This document shows, piece after piece, positions 35,982 through 48,894 of a stretch of DNA of 64,000 nt (its first letter is position 1; every line of letters begins with the position of its first letter). A model generated the notes under the pieces. That model did not search any database and was not told the DNA's origin. It was given only the letters and a program-made list of their open reading frames with translations. The position numbers and the translations under genes are program-made. The stretch is from Tricharina praecox. Its lineage: Eukaryota. Location of the stretch: the NCBI RefSeq assembly GCF_024521635.1, contig NW_026250413.1, forward strand, positions 124,001 to 188,000, read 5' to 3'.

Positions 35982-37221
35982 CTACCCCTGCGAACTCCCA
36001 TAACTAGGCAGCGGAGCTCGATTCGCCACAAGCGGCTTCCCCTCCGCCGCCTCCTCCTCGCCGGCCGAGTCCTCAAACCACCCGTTCCAGGGCCACCACC
36101 TGCTCCAGGTCGTCTCCTGGAGGGCGAGACAGTCGTCGTCGTCACCGTCGAGCTCGTCGAAGTCCTCGGGCGCCCGCTCGCCCCACATGAGCCACTGCCA
36201 GCCGACCGCGGCATCGAGTCCGAGCACGCCAGAGGCGCCGAGGAAGAATGGCAGCGCGCGGCTCCACCACTCGGCGTGGTCGTTGCCGTCGGGGCCGGCG
36301 ATGCCGCCACCGCCGTAGGCTGGGTAGTCGTAGTGGCCGAGCGGGTTGAGCAGGAGCGAGAGCGAGTAGAAGAAGTTGCCGAAGAAGGCGGCCACGAAGA
36401 GCGATATTGCTAGCCCGCTTGTCGAGCGCCGGCGGAAGTTGAGGAGGAGCTGCGGCATGCGAGAGCTCAGGTATAGCAGCGTCGAGAACCAGCTCAGGAC
36501 GCTGCCGATGTCCTGCAAGGTTACGCCGCCATCCGCTGCAGGGGGAATCGAGGTGGTGGTGGATATGGGGCTGGCGCCCGCAAGATGGAACATCATCGAG
36601 ACTACCACGATGAGTGTCGAGGCGAGGCTGCGGCTGCGGCCGCGGGAGCCGCTCGAGTTGCTGCGTGCCTCTTTCTTTTTCTTCTTGCTGTTGGTCTCGG
36701 GTTCGGAGTCGACGAGGTATGAGTCATCCGAGTCGTCGTCGTCGTCGATGCTCTCGTCGTAGTGGAGCTGCTGGCCAAAGAGCAGCTCGGGAGGGTTGAT
36801 GTTGGTGAAGTAGAAGTACTGCGAGACGAGCACGACGTCGACGAGGACATAGTACATTCCGACCACCTGCTGGAACCACATCTGGCTGGTCCAGATTGCT
36901 CCTAGAAGGTTGCCTGTGTCCGTCAGCTGCTGCCGAGGCACATGCGAACAAGGGAAACATACAGATATCGCCTGCGAGCCATATCGCCAGGAAACCCAGA
37001 CTCAGCCCGTCCACGGATCCGCGGCGGTAGTTCTTCCAGATCTGTGGCATCTGCGCAAACAGCCACGACACGATGGATAGCACGCCGGCCGCCGTAGAGA
37101 AGAAGGACAAGTACGATGGTAAACATGTTCCGAATGTCTGCGAGAGAAATACCAGCACCGGTGTATCCGGTTCGCAGAAGGGCGGTAGGTCTGGTGGTAC
37201 GTATGATAATGGGGAGGACAT
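35982..37221 (-). CDS. PQ-loop repeat vacuolar/lysosomal amino-acid transporter (Ypq/PQLC2-like)
   Basis: Exons 37221-36963 and 36913-35982. Two PQ loops: SIVSWLFAQMPQIWKNYRRGSVDGLSLGFLAIWLAGDICNLLG and LYLSSRMPQLLLNFRRRSTSGL. Confidence 0.92.
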
Positions 37222-40200
37222 GGCTGCTGCTCGTAGGTGTTGATAGGGGGTTGAGGGAGAAGAGGAACGGATGTGGATGTGAATGTGGACGCTGGTGCTG
37301 GATTCGGACTGGTGGGGACTATATGCAAATGCTGTTTAGCCCTGGGCTTCCCCGCATTTCAATGGTCAAAGGTCAAGTAGCCCACCTGCTCTAGCTCGTC
37401 CGTGTTTCGTTCCTGGTGGTGAGCGAGTGCAGTAACTCGTGCGTCGTTTCTCGGTGGATATAGACTGTTTCGTCGGGCCAGCCAGCGGAGTATTTACGTA
37501 ACGAGCGCACTGTAGACGGAACGATGAGCCCGAGATTTCGCGCACGGGACAGGTAGAGACGCGACGTGTGGGCGGAGCAGGAGTGGAGAGTTTGGGGGAG
37601 TTAAGTATGAATGGGAGCTGTCGGGAGCTATGGGACCATCCGAGGAGATAGAGCAGATACGGGGGGGGCAGGGCAGAGGGGTGAGACACCCACCCACCAC
37701 ACCGACGCACGACTCATGCGCGGAACTAGGCTCAGATGACGGTATATGGTCGCGGTTGGGAGGCCAGGGCGCTTTTAGCTTTTTTCCATCCACCTTCGAA
37801 CAACGTTGGCTTGGCCGAGACGGGACGAGACGAGAGCGGGGACGGGAAGCGGTGAGCTTTCGTTCGTTCTTCCGTTTGGTTCGCCAGCTCGTTCGTTCGT
37901 TCGGCCGGACTGCCCCTCCCCACCGCCGCGCGCCGGAAGACGATAACGACAGCGGCGTATGTCATCTCATCGCACCGATTGCTGTGCTGCGGATCCCGAA
38001 GGAGGAGGATCAGGAGGAAGTCGCGAGGATGTGGTGTCGTGTGGAGGAGATAAGCCCCAGCCGGTCACCTGCGTCACCGGACAGGGGGCCTGGCACACAG
38101 GGTCCACAGAGATAAGGGGAGCGGGTGGGTAGGTAACCCCGGCAACGCAGGGAGAGATAGCAGCACAACGGCGTCGTCCTCCGCGCCCTCTCCTCTCCAC
38201 ACTCCCCGCCCGCTCATCCCGCCGTCTGCACTTTCGACTCGGCTGTCGCGCTTTTCCCTGCGGAGCCGATACGCAATAAAGCTTCTTTCTCGTCTAGAAT
38301 CCGATGAATGGAGAGAGATATAGCGAGTGGACTCACGCAAGATCTCGCGTTCCTTCCGATCATGCCCTCTGACCACAAGATCTCTCCCATGAGTCCAGTC
38401 TGCTGAGTCTTCTTCGCTGCGGCGCGGCCCCCGAAATAGGACATGGATATAGTGGTAATCCACGGTGAGTGGGCAGTGAGTGCGTGAGTGAGTGCGCGAG
38501 TGAGTTCGCGAGTGGCCGTCCCTGTCGACCTCGCCCTCGTGCTTCCTTCTACTTCGGTGTTACCGAGATCTCGCACTGATCGGATCGCCGTTCGTTGCGT
38601 CCTGCCTGCCTCTCGAGTAGCTATCCACTAATTCCACTCTACGCCCTACTCTACTTCGTGCGTGCAGCACTCTACGTCGTCGTACAGGGGCAACCGCGCT
38701 TACGCTCGAGAACGACTGAACGTGCTCCGATTGGCCGCGCCTCTTGGCTGACCGAAGCTGATCGTTACCGACCGCTCTTGGCCCGCTGTCTCGCTCTCCG
38801 GCCGGTGGTTTCCCGATTCGTGTTCTACGGGCGGATCCTACGGAATTCTGCAGCGCGCTTCCTGCAGTTTGCGGTGCCAATAGGCATCCGTCCAACCATC
38901 GCGAAGGACAGAGACATTGAAGTCACTCGATGTCGGAACACTGGCGAGCTGACTTCCACGCTACGTATGCTGTTCCAGTTTACGCAACCGCATCGGGTCG
39001 GATACACCTGCAGAAACTCCGTCGTTCATTCGTTTCCTTGATTTCGACCAAGCATATTGACATCTCTTTCGGCTTGGACTGATGGGTGCGGTTGATCGAT
39101 ACATACGACTGTTCGGGTCGAGTCCTGCAGTTTTTATATACCAAGGCGAGCACGGGTATTATGTTTGCGCTACTATTCGCCGCCGCGTTGGCGTGATATA
39201 TTACTCCCCCGCAATATCGCAATTTCGGCAGTGATGCGAATCCGATCCCAGATCTAGGAACGAAAAAACCAGCCCCACAGGTCCTGATGGCCAGCTTCTT
39301 CTCCTCCCCTGCTTCACTGGGTGCCCTGGACGGATCTGCCGGTGCTCTAGAAAAGGCGTCATCGCGATCCTTTGCTTTCGTTTCTGTACGAAGCTCGTGT
39401 TTGTTGTGTCCGAGACACTTTCAGCTGGAGTGGACAGATTCGAATTCTATGGATGGTTCTGTGGGCCGTCGCGATTGGCCGTACTCTACAGGCACGGCAG
39501 CTTGTTGGTCAATCGCGCACGGATTTCTAACTCGTTCTGCATCCGGGTCCGTGCAGATCAGCTGGAAGCATCGACTCGATGGGGGGTGCTGGCTACATAG
39601 AGGCGACGAGCGGGAGGCTGTCCAAACGTCAACGTTTCGTGATCGACACCTAAATCCCCCAGTGTGGACTTTAGACCGGCCGTTGGCGTCGAAACGAGAT
39701 ATGTATGCCCGAGAACTGTTCTCCTCGGTTCCATTTTTCGGCACAAAGCCGACTTTCCATTGTTCTGGGTGCATGTGGTGGTGTCTAATGGACATCAAAC
39801 TCCCAAGTTATACTCCCCGGAGTGGACCTCGACCATCACTGACCGAGGGAGGTTCCACAGCTTTCCTGACAATGACAGCGGCTACGCCAATCAATCATAC
39901 ATACTCATTCTGATTTCCTGCCTGTGCTGGCCAGCTAAAGGCAATCAAATCGACGGAGGAGCTACGGGTAGCTCTATCCAAGTACAAGTTCCCGGACCAA
40001 GCTAAACTTCCTTCCCAGCGTATATAACGCCCGCTATGGTTGTCCCGAAGCTGGCTTGCTGACTGACGATTGTTTTTTTCTTTTCTTTTTCGGGTTTCGT
40101 TTCCAACTGACTGACTGACTGACTGACTGACGGCGGTCTGCGAGGATCATGGTAAATTACGCTCCGTTTTCGGCACCCAAGTCCGTGCAGCTGGAAAGCT

Positions 40201-40754
40201 TCACGGTTCGGCCATCGTATTCGGCTCCAGCTTCCAGCAGACCAGAAATCTTCCATCATTCTACGCATCCAACTTTCTGGAAGGGGTGGATCATCGTGCA
40301 GCTGTCCAAGTTAAATCGAGTCGATGGATGGTTCCAAGTTGGTTCCAAGTTCGATGCTCAACGAAATCGGCCGGTACGTCGACTTCTATGTTCTGGGCTG
40401 CGGGCACAACGTCGAGCTCTTTGAAAGCGAGGAGTGACGAGTGAAGGAAATCGCAGTCGCAGCTCGTGTTTCGACTGTCCAATGTGTGGGGCATGTGTTT
40501 GCGGATCATGTGGCTTTGCAGTCTGGGGGGGTTCTGGAGTCTGGACAGGTACGTTAATCAACTCGGCCATACATGCGGCCCGAAATCACTCATATCGGCA
40601 GTTTTACAGACTCCGAAGCACAATGAAGTCTTCAGGCATAACAATCACGATACCCTTGGGGTTGATTGTAGTATCCTCTCAGCTATAAGAGCCAGCGACA
40701 GGACTTCTTCTTACTGTCAGCATCAGACTGCTTTACTTCTCTGTGCCACTATTA

Positions 40755-42498
40755 ATGGCTTCCAAGAATACAGTGCAGCGGCATAAGCGACGTCGAAAAA
40801 CTTCGACCACCACACCAAACGGCCTATCCTCTCTACCTGCAGAAATAATCCTGATCGTGTTGGTATGTTTAAACTCTCTTGAATACTTTGTTTGGATCTG
40901 ACGGGTACACTCAGAGCAACCTTTCTCGTTCCGATTTCTACAATCTCTGCCTCGTATCCAAACTTTTTCACACGTACACAACCCCCTACTTGTACAGATC
41001 CGTGGACATCGTGCTCAGTGGGTCTTCATGGGATGCGAAGGAACATGTTTACAACAGCCTTTCTCTAGAAAATAACCGAGGGTTGAGATTTATCACGAAC
41101 TTTCGGTTCCTGCCACCACCAGTTCGTCATAAGAGGAGGGTTCTGGGTCGTCTTGGCCCCGATGCGGCAAAGGATGTACAGCGGCTCATGGGAGTACTGC
41201 TATCAAAGGTCGGCCCAAATGTATTGCAACGGTTTGAATGGTACCTCCCTAGTCTGCCGCTCCCCGAGGTCCGAAAGTTGCTCCATCAGGAAGCCCTCAC
41301 GAAAGTTTCCTGGAGCATCTCTGGACGTCTCTGTCACAATCTGGAGGTACCGCAGTTCTTATTTAGTGTGGACGGCCGTGCATCGCCTTTGGCCAGTGTC
41401 ACGATCATCTCCATAGCGGCGTCCAACATTGACCATATCCGCGCGTGGCTGTCGCAGTGCCCAGCACTCAAGGTCCTACGACTAGAATGGAACCCACGCA
41501 TTCGCTACCAGTTCTTGGAGCGTGTTCCGAGGGGGTGCTTTTGGACCGAAATTGGCCTCCACAATTTCCCGCGCCTCACAACGCTCAAACTGAAGTGGAC
41601 GAACGTAACCTATCTCCACCGTCTGCCTGTAGTCGACCGCCTCACCTCGCTAGTCATCGACCGCTGCCAGGGCCTGGGGCCCTTCCTCAACGGCTGGCGC
41701 CGCAAATCCACCCCGTCCCCCATCCGCCTCCGCAAGCTCTGGATCCACACTAACGACCTCTCTTTCCGGCACATCCACGACTTCCTCCACGCCTTCACAG
41801 GCCTGCACGAGCTCGCCCTCTACAGCGGATACACACCGCACCGGCTGACCTACGTCTCGACCGGGATCCGTGCTCACCGGGGCACACTATCCCTCCTTGC
41901 GCTGGACACACTCTCCGACCGCTTCGGCTCTCGCTTCGCCGCCTCGCACGTGCCCATGGTTTTGGAAGAAACCGCCCTCCTCGCGACCGACCTGCAGCAC
42001 TACCCGCATCTCCGCGCCCTCGCGCTCCCCGCGGACCTCGGCGCCCTGCCAGACCTCACAATCGCCGCCCTTGCCGGCCGCGTCCAATGTTTCCAGATCC
42101 ACCTGCGCGCCGCTCGGGCGCTCCAGCCGCTGGCGCAGGCGATCGCCAACGCCGTCGCGCGCGGGTTCGCGGGCGGCGAGATCGATGGCGATATCGCTAC
42201 TGATCTGGACGATAAGCCGGCGTTCGCACAGTCCGCTGTGCGCTCGCTGCCGGATCTCGCGCGCATAGAGAATGAGCGCAATAGGCTGCAGGCGAGGCAG
42301 TCGACCGAGCCGAAGACGCTTGGGATGGTGCCGAGGCTGAGGTATCTTTCGCTGTTTACCGGGGCGCTGAAGGAGTGGGTCGTTGTCTTTGAGGTCGAGA
42401 GGTGGGCACCGTTTCCGCCTGTTGTAAGGAAGGTGCGGAGGAGGGAGGTTGGGAAGCTGGAGATGGTGTTTAAGGTCTTGAGGGAGAACTTGGTTTGA
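40755..42498 (+). CDS. F-box protein with LRR-like C-terminal region
   Basis: Exon 40755-40862, intron GTATGT..CTGAC..CAG (40863-40914), exon 40915-42498. Splicing gives F-box-like LSSLPAEIILIVLSNLSRSDFYNLCLVSKLFHTYTTPYLY, followed by LxxLxL repeats (CPALKVLRL, FPRLTTLKL, LRKLWI, FTGLHELAL). Confidence 0.8.
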
Positions 42499-42632
42499 TG
42501 GGTAGTGTAGTTGGCGGACGGGGGAGTGGGAATACGTGGGAGTACGTATAGTCGGCAATTAGGTATCGTAGTATGCCATACTGATGTTATCGTGTGTTTA
42601 TTCCCGGTGAGATGCGGAATTGGTAGGCCGCT

Positions 42633-42780
42633 CATCCAGTCCATCCTATCGACTCCAGTCCATCCAGTCGACTGCAGTCCATCCAGTCACTGCAGTCCAT
42701 TCAGTCCATCCAGTCCGTCCAGTCGACTGCAGTCCGTCCAGTCGACTGCAGTCCGTCCAGTCCATCCAGTCCATCTACAA
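42633..42780 (+). repeat. Fragment of a palindrome-rich repeat family (CCATCCAGTCGACTGCAGT units), probable DNA-transposon subterminal repeat
   Basis: Tandem TCCAGTCCATCCAGTCGACTGCAGTCC units; the same motif occurs in reverse orientation at 57160-57780. Confidence 0.75.
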
Positions 42781-45049
42781 ACTAGGTAGTAGACTACCGG
42801 TAATACCTAGGTGTGCGGACTTTTTTGTTTAATCAGTGATTGCTTGCGACCTAAGTAGATCATGGCAAACCTAGGTGTGCGGACGACCACCCGAATGTTT
42901 CCGGAGAACTGTCAACCCCGCGCTCGAGTCTGCAGGCGCAGGCTGTGGCTCCGGTATGGCACTAGATGATCGGTGCTGTAGGTCGAATGGTTAAACGTCT
43001 GGATAGGCTTATGTGAAATCTGGATGATCCAGTGGTCGTTGGTTATGGAGCGTCACTCGGCGGGCTTCGATAACGTTCCTGGTAATTCTTGCTTTACAGA
43101 CAAGCGGATCCCAGAGGCGTCTGAGGAAGATGTAACAAGTGAGGTGCTAGGATGGGAGATCAGGGAAAGGGAAGAGATGGAAGTGGAGTTGAGGCAGGAG
43201 GAGTAGGGTGCTGAGGTTGAGGAGCCGGGGTCAATCCTACTCCGGTTTGTAATGCTCTCGAGGCGACAGATGCGCTTCTACTAGAATCTCTAAGCTAGGC
43301 TTGAATACCAGTATCTAAACCATACCATGCACTGTGATGAGTCCAGTTCCGCATATCCATAAGTGAAGTTTGGTAAGGCTGGGTATCCAAGTGCGGTCGT
43401 CAGCTGACTGTCTGTTGTTGGATTCATTGAATTGCTCTCTCAGGTACAGCAGGATATTAACTTCGGAGCCAAGCCTTCCCAGGGCAAGAATACTGCGAAG
43501 GATTAGGGTATCGTGATTCCAGTCTCAGGGCACCAGTGGTGTGCGTGCCCTCACGTAGTACTCACATCGTGGGCTACCAAGACACTCTCAGCCATAAAAC
43601 CCACCGCTCATCTCCCTCCCAACTTTCTACATACTTCTCTCTTCTCACTTCACTCTACAAATCTCACTCTACACATCTCTCACTCAACATATCTTCTTAA
43701 CCAACAACTCACCCCCTTCGATGGTACCTTCCAAAACCGCACACTCGACCAACCAAAACTTACGCATAATCCTGTCGCCAAGAACTGGTGGTGTGCGGTC
43801 TACTCCCTTTCCCCTATCCCCCATCCCGAGCCGAGCTGCAATACAGACTCGGCGCCCGACCCCAGCTGGCGATCCATCGTCGACTTCATTCACCATGTCG
43901 GATTTCCCGGGCGTCTATGCACCAACAGCAACAGCAGAAATGATTCTGCTGCCCACAGAAGCAGCAGCATCAGATTATGCTGTCGGCGTTTTGAGCAGTC
44001 GGGCAGCTCTTTACCTGGCCTTGGGCAACACCGAGTTGCCCAATCCCGGAGCTGGGGGGGCCTGGGCTGAGCACCAGATGTCGACATCAACCTGTCGATG
44101 ACTACTCCACAGCCCTTGCCTCCCTCGGTCCCGTTTGGACCGGGGAAGCTCTCCCCCCGGCAGTCAGAGACTGCCCGCCGATCCGAAGGCAGATATACTG
44201 CCTGAATCCGATGAAGAGGGAGGAGGAGCGACGGATGGGGTCGGCCCAAGAAGCATGCGAAGCGCCGCATGAGGCCGGCAGCCAACCACGAGGAAGACGG
44301 GATGGGGCCGATGCATAAGGAGGTGAAGGAGCACCCTATGGGGTTGGCTCAAGTTGAAGGAAGAGAGGCCAGATTGGGCTGGTCGCCGGCGCACAAGGAG
44401 GCTGCCCCGGCACGAGGTTGGGACACTAAAGACTGTCTCGATCGATTCGAATCGTCCAGAGGGATGGGACGAACCGACCGAGACAGTCTTCATTATCATA
44501 ACCTCCGATTCGACGAGGGCGGTGCTAATCGCCATTACCGAGAGAGCGCCCTTCTCTCCCTTTCGGATAATGAAGAACTCAACTCGTCTAGGGCAGAGCT
44601 TTCCGACAATGAAGAACTCAACTCGTCCAGAGTGGAACTATCGGCAAATGCCGACCCCATCACAGGAAACCGATTCTGGAATCAGCTCGGGATTCAGCAC
44701 TCTTCCATTGGATGACGTGGATAACCTCCCACGTACATCCAAGAAGACGATTCATCCCGACCAGAATGATGTGGATATGGAGGATACCGGGCAGATGGAG
44801 GGCTCGCAACGGTTGGAAGATTCAACGGATTCTCAAATCGCGAAGGATTCCCAGGCCTCGAAGGATTCTTAAGTCTCGACGAATTCGCAGAAAAGCGATA
44901 ACACCGCAGATGGCGATTCATCGGGCGAATACACGCAACCTAGGACTAAAACCTCCGAGGAAACGGAGGGTTTGCAGGAGGCGGAGAGTATCATGGAGAC
45001 AGGGGGATCAAAGGATAGAAGCGGAGGTTTGAAGGCCGGTGATGAAGAG

Positions 45050-45240
45050 AGCCCATGGGGCTAGCGTGCAAGGAGGAGGGGGAGGAGGATGAGGGCCGCC
45101 CTATGGGGCCGGTGCGCAAGGAAGAGGGAGAAGCCCGATGGTGCCGGTGCGCAAGGAGGAGGAGAAGGAGGGCCCGATGGGGCCGGTGCGCAAGGAGGGG
45201 GAGGAGGGCCGAAATGGGGCTGGAGGATAAGGAGGCAGCC
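45050..45240 (+). repeat. Degenerate ~30-36 bp tandem repeat (GAGGGCCCGATGGGGCCGGTGCGCAAGGAG)
   Basis: About 4-5 copies; related degenerate copies at 44230-44410. Confidence 0.7.
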
Positions 45241-46540
45241 TCAGAGGGCGTTGGTGGTGGTGGTGGTGGTGGTGGTGGTTTTTGTTTTGTTTAATCATTG
45301 ATTGCATGCGACCTATCTAGATCATGGCAATATCACCCCGTTCACCCCCCCGTTTCCACGCCACTGGCCAACCCGGCTTGCACCGAGCGGCCCAATGTGG
45401 CTTTCCCTGCCCTCCGCCCCAGTCTGTCCCAGAAATGTAGATACGCGGTAAAGACTGAAGTGGTGGTGGTGGTGGTGGTTGCTCAGCATATGCCCGATTC
45501 CAGCCCGGAGCACGCTCCTGAGTCCTGGTGGGCTAGGAACGTGCTGCTGAACTCTGAACTGCTATACAAACTCGTACGGGAGCTTTCATAGAAAGTGTGT
45601 GCTCAAGATATGTGCGAGTGATAGCCCGTCTACAAGCCCTCGGTAGTCGGTTCAGAATAGAGCCGTTGCCAAACCCCCTCCACCGGAGCCTGAGTACACC
45701 CGGCGGGATTGCCATGGGAGCAGCGGCGTGGACCGATATTCGGATGTGTGTGTGTGTGTGAATAGGTACTGGAAGTCCCCCTTGGGCGCTACGTACAGCG
45801 GGAAGCGGCCGAGATGCGTCGAGCGCTTCACGGATATCACTACCTATCACTCGGCATGTTGTCGTTTTTTAATGGTAGTCGAGTGGGAAGTTGTGAAGGC
45901 TGAGGGAGAGATGCATGCTAGAGAGAGATCTGAGGAGGCGAGAGGGTCGGCCGATGCTCTGGTCCAGTGGTCCCGTCGCCGAGACGGACGACTAGGAGGG
46001 CAACCATAGCTACGGGGAAGACACGGCCATGTAGCTGAAGCGCAAGTTAGGATTCCCACTACTACTAGGAATGGCACTGTAAACTCCCATTCAACCTCAA
46101 CGAGTACTCCACCGGATACCGGTACACGAGAAGATGGGCTTATTTTTTATTTTATTTCGAATTCGAAGATGAGCTGAGCTGTCAAGCTGAATCCTGATAC
46201 CGACCGTACGGTGCAGGTCGCGCCAGGCCAGTTAGCTGACGCAACCTTGGAACTTGGAAGCGAAGCGATTGACGAGCTGTCCTGGCTGCTCATGGGGGCG
46301 GGACGAACGCATGGATCGTGGAGCGGAACAGCAGAAGAGCAAGGAGAATGATCCTTGGCTGGCGCGAGCATCCTTTTCCAGCAGCCATGACGCTACGTCC
46401 AAAACAAATAGGTGTGGATGCGACTAGTAGTCACGTGCTTGTACTTTAGTCGCGTGGGTATTCACCCTGAGTTCCGCGTCAGTACTCTACCGTAACCACC
46501 AACAATCCCTACTAACGACCACCATCACCACATCCACCAA

Positions 46541-48837
46541 ATGTCTTCTAGCATGATTCCCCCCCTGCCTAAAGATGCGGCCTACTGGAAGGAGCAGCTC
46601 TTCCAGGTAGAAAACCCGGTTATTTTACCAGTGGACCAATTCGACGAAGTGTGGCCGTTGGTGTGCAATGTCTACACGTTCCGGAACAAGAGTGTACAGC
46701 AGAGCGGCGCCATACAAGTCGAGCACGGGGAATGTCGTTTAAAGAAGAGCCGCAAATCATCCAGCAGTGTCCAACCCGATGGCAATCCGATCAAGCGCAG
46801 GACGAGCAGCGTCCGCGATAAAGACCAGTGTCAGGTGACGGTCAAGTTGACGCGTCAACTCATCGGGCCCCATCCTACTGTCACCCTCGAGCGCAAAACA
46901 GAACATCTCCACACTCACGACTTTGAAACTAGCTGCATGGTCAAAAAATCAAAGTTTGTGCAGGAGCTGATTGCGACGGAGGCCGAGAAGAACTGCTCCG
47001 CAGCCCAGATTTTCAATGCGTTACGCAGTGCTGGTTTGGAGGAAGGTAATGGTATTATAAAGATGTATGAGCTCCGAATTAATTAAATTAAATATAAAAA
47101 AATAACTAACATTGAAATAATCAGTAACGATATTCATAATGCCCGACGGTCAAAACGAGTCGACCCTCCGCTAAATTTCCAGCCCGGCACCGTTTTCGGA
47201 GACGATATAATACAAGCACGGAAACTACTCGCAGACGAAAAGTGGCTATACGAAGAGTTTCAGGTGGAAGACAGTGGAAATCGGAAGGAGGCGCGGTGGG
47301 GATTAGTCTTCGCCGATCCGACCAGAATACAAATCCTACACCAACGCGGATATTTTACGCAATTTGACTCCACCCATAAAGTCAACAAATGGAAGCACAA
47401 TATGTTTTCCTTTCTCGTCAGGGATAAACACGGTATTTGGATCCCGGCAGCACACTGCGTCGTTGACCGGGAAGAAAGTCGAGTTATTGCCAAAGCCTTG
47501 TCTGTACTGAAGACCTGGTGTTCTGGTAAATGCCATCCGCGACTCTGACATTCCGAAAAATCCAAACTAACAATCCATACAATAGGCGGATGGCAACCAC
47601 GATACCTCCTTACAGACGACAGTGCGATCCAGCAATCCGCCGTACGCCAGGCATTCCCCGAAGTTTCCCACCTCCTCTGCACGTCCCATTCCAAGCAAAC
47701 TCTCCAACATCGATTCGGCGGCAGGGAAGCTTTCAAGCCCGTCTACCAAACTCTCCGGCGTGCCATGTATGTCTCGACGCGGCTGCGCTGTCACGATCTC
47801 TGCATGGAAGCGATCAGTCTCGCCCCGGACGACGAGACGAAAACCTACATCCGTACGTACTGGCTGCAAAGAATGCCCAAGTGGGCACTTTACGCTCGCC
47901 AGCACAGTCCGATGCTGCTACAGAACCCCACAACAAACGCGTGCGAAACGTGGCATCGACAGTTGGAAGCGGGGCTGGGACTCGTCAACAACGAACAGGT
48001 TGCCACAAACCACGGTAAACTTTCTATCATACATCCGCCTTCATTAGGCCTTAGACAAAAAAGCAACTAACTTCGTTTCCCCCCAGGAATCCACAGCATG
48101 ATCCAGCACACGATGCAAAGTGCGCGGCAGCGCGATATACGGGCACACGAGGCGGCCATGAAGTTCAAGAACGGCACCGCGGGGCTGTCCCTGTGCACGA
48201 AGGAGTATCCTGAAATCGGCGGCTTTCCCGTCCCCATCCAGAAGCTGCTCGTGCAGGAACTCGCCGCCGTCGAGGCGCGCATCGAGCAGGGAAAAGATGC
48301 GCCGAATCCGAGCCAGTTCGATGGATCATTGCTGTGTCATTGCCGGTATGTAGTGTATTGCAGTGATCTGATCCCGCGTTTGGAAATGGATGGCTTGTCG
48401 CTAATGGATTGGATTGGATTGGATTGGATAGGTTTGCCCGTCACTATCGCCTGCCGTGCCAACATGTCTTTCATCTGGACACGGAGACGAAGGTGCTCAC
48501 ACCTGATGTCTGGCACCGATATGTCCACATGTTTGATGAGCTGGGAATGGCGGTCTACGAAACGATTGGATCTGTGCCTGTGGATGGTGCTGGTTCGGAT
48601 GCACCAGTGCCTGATAACGGACGGACCGAGGCAATTCTAGATCTTCGTGTCATCGGAGAACAGTTACGACACATCACTTATGGTATGCAAGAGTTGATGG
48701 AGGTACACCAATGGGAGGGCCGTCAGCAGCAGCAAGTGACTCAGGCTTGGATGGACGAGGTTAGGGAAGCTGTGGCACCATTGGTAAAATCACGGCCGGA
48801 GGAAATTATAGAAAGGCATAGACCATGGGAGTTGTAA
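46541..48837 (+). mobile_element. Mutator-like (MULE) transposase-domain gene with SWIM zinc finger; intact, 5 exons, ~672 aa
   Basis: Exons 46541-47064, 47125-47525, 47586-48014, 48087-48345 and 48432-48837 splice in frame. N-terminal C..C..HTH (WRKY/FAR1-like) finger. DDE core TQFDSTHKVN / YLLTDDSA / LLCTSH (CxxH) / TTNACETWH. SWIM CHCRFARHYRLPCQH. Confidence 0.88.
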
Positions 48838-48894
48838 ATATTATGTTTTAACTACTCCATCTATCTCCCTTGTATCCACCGTTCGCTCCTGCTC

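Noticed and set aside
38595..40000. ORFs of 110-208 aa between the PQ-loop and F-box genes
   Set aside because: No motifs, codon bias or consistent splice structure that I could support.
42633..42780. CRISPR-like appearance of palindromic repeats
   Set aside because: Eukaryotic context, no unique spacers and no cas genes; it is a tandem or subterminal repeat.
43331..43410. Possible C/D box snoRNA (GTGATGA ... CTGA about 70 nt apart)
   Set aside because: No convincing terminal stem or recognisable rRNA guide; would need snoScan or Infernal.
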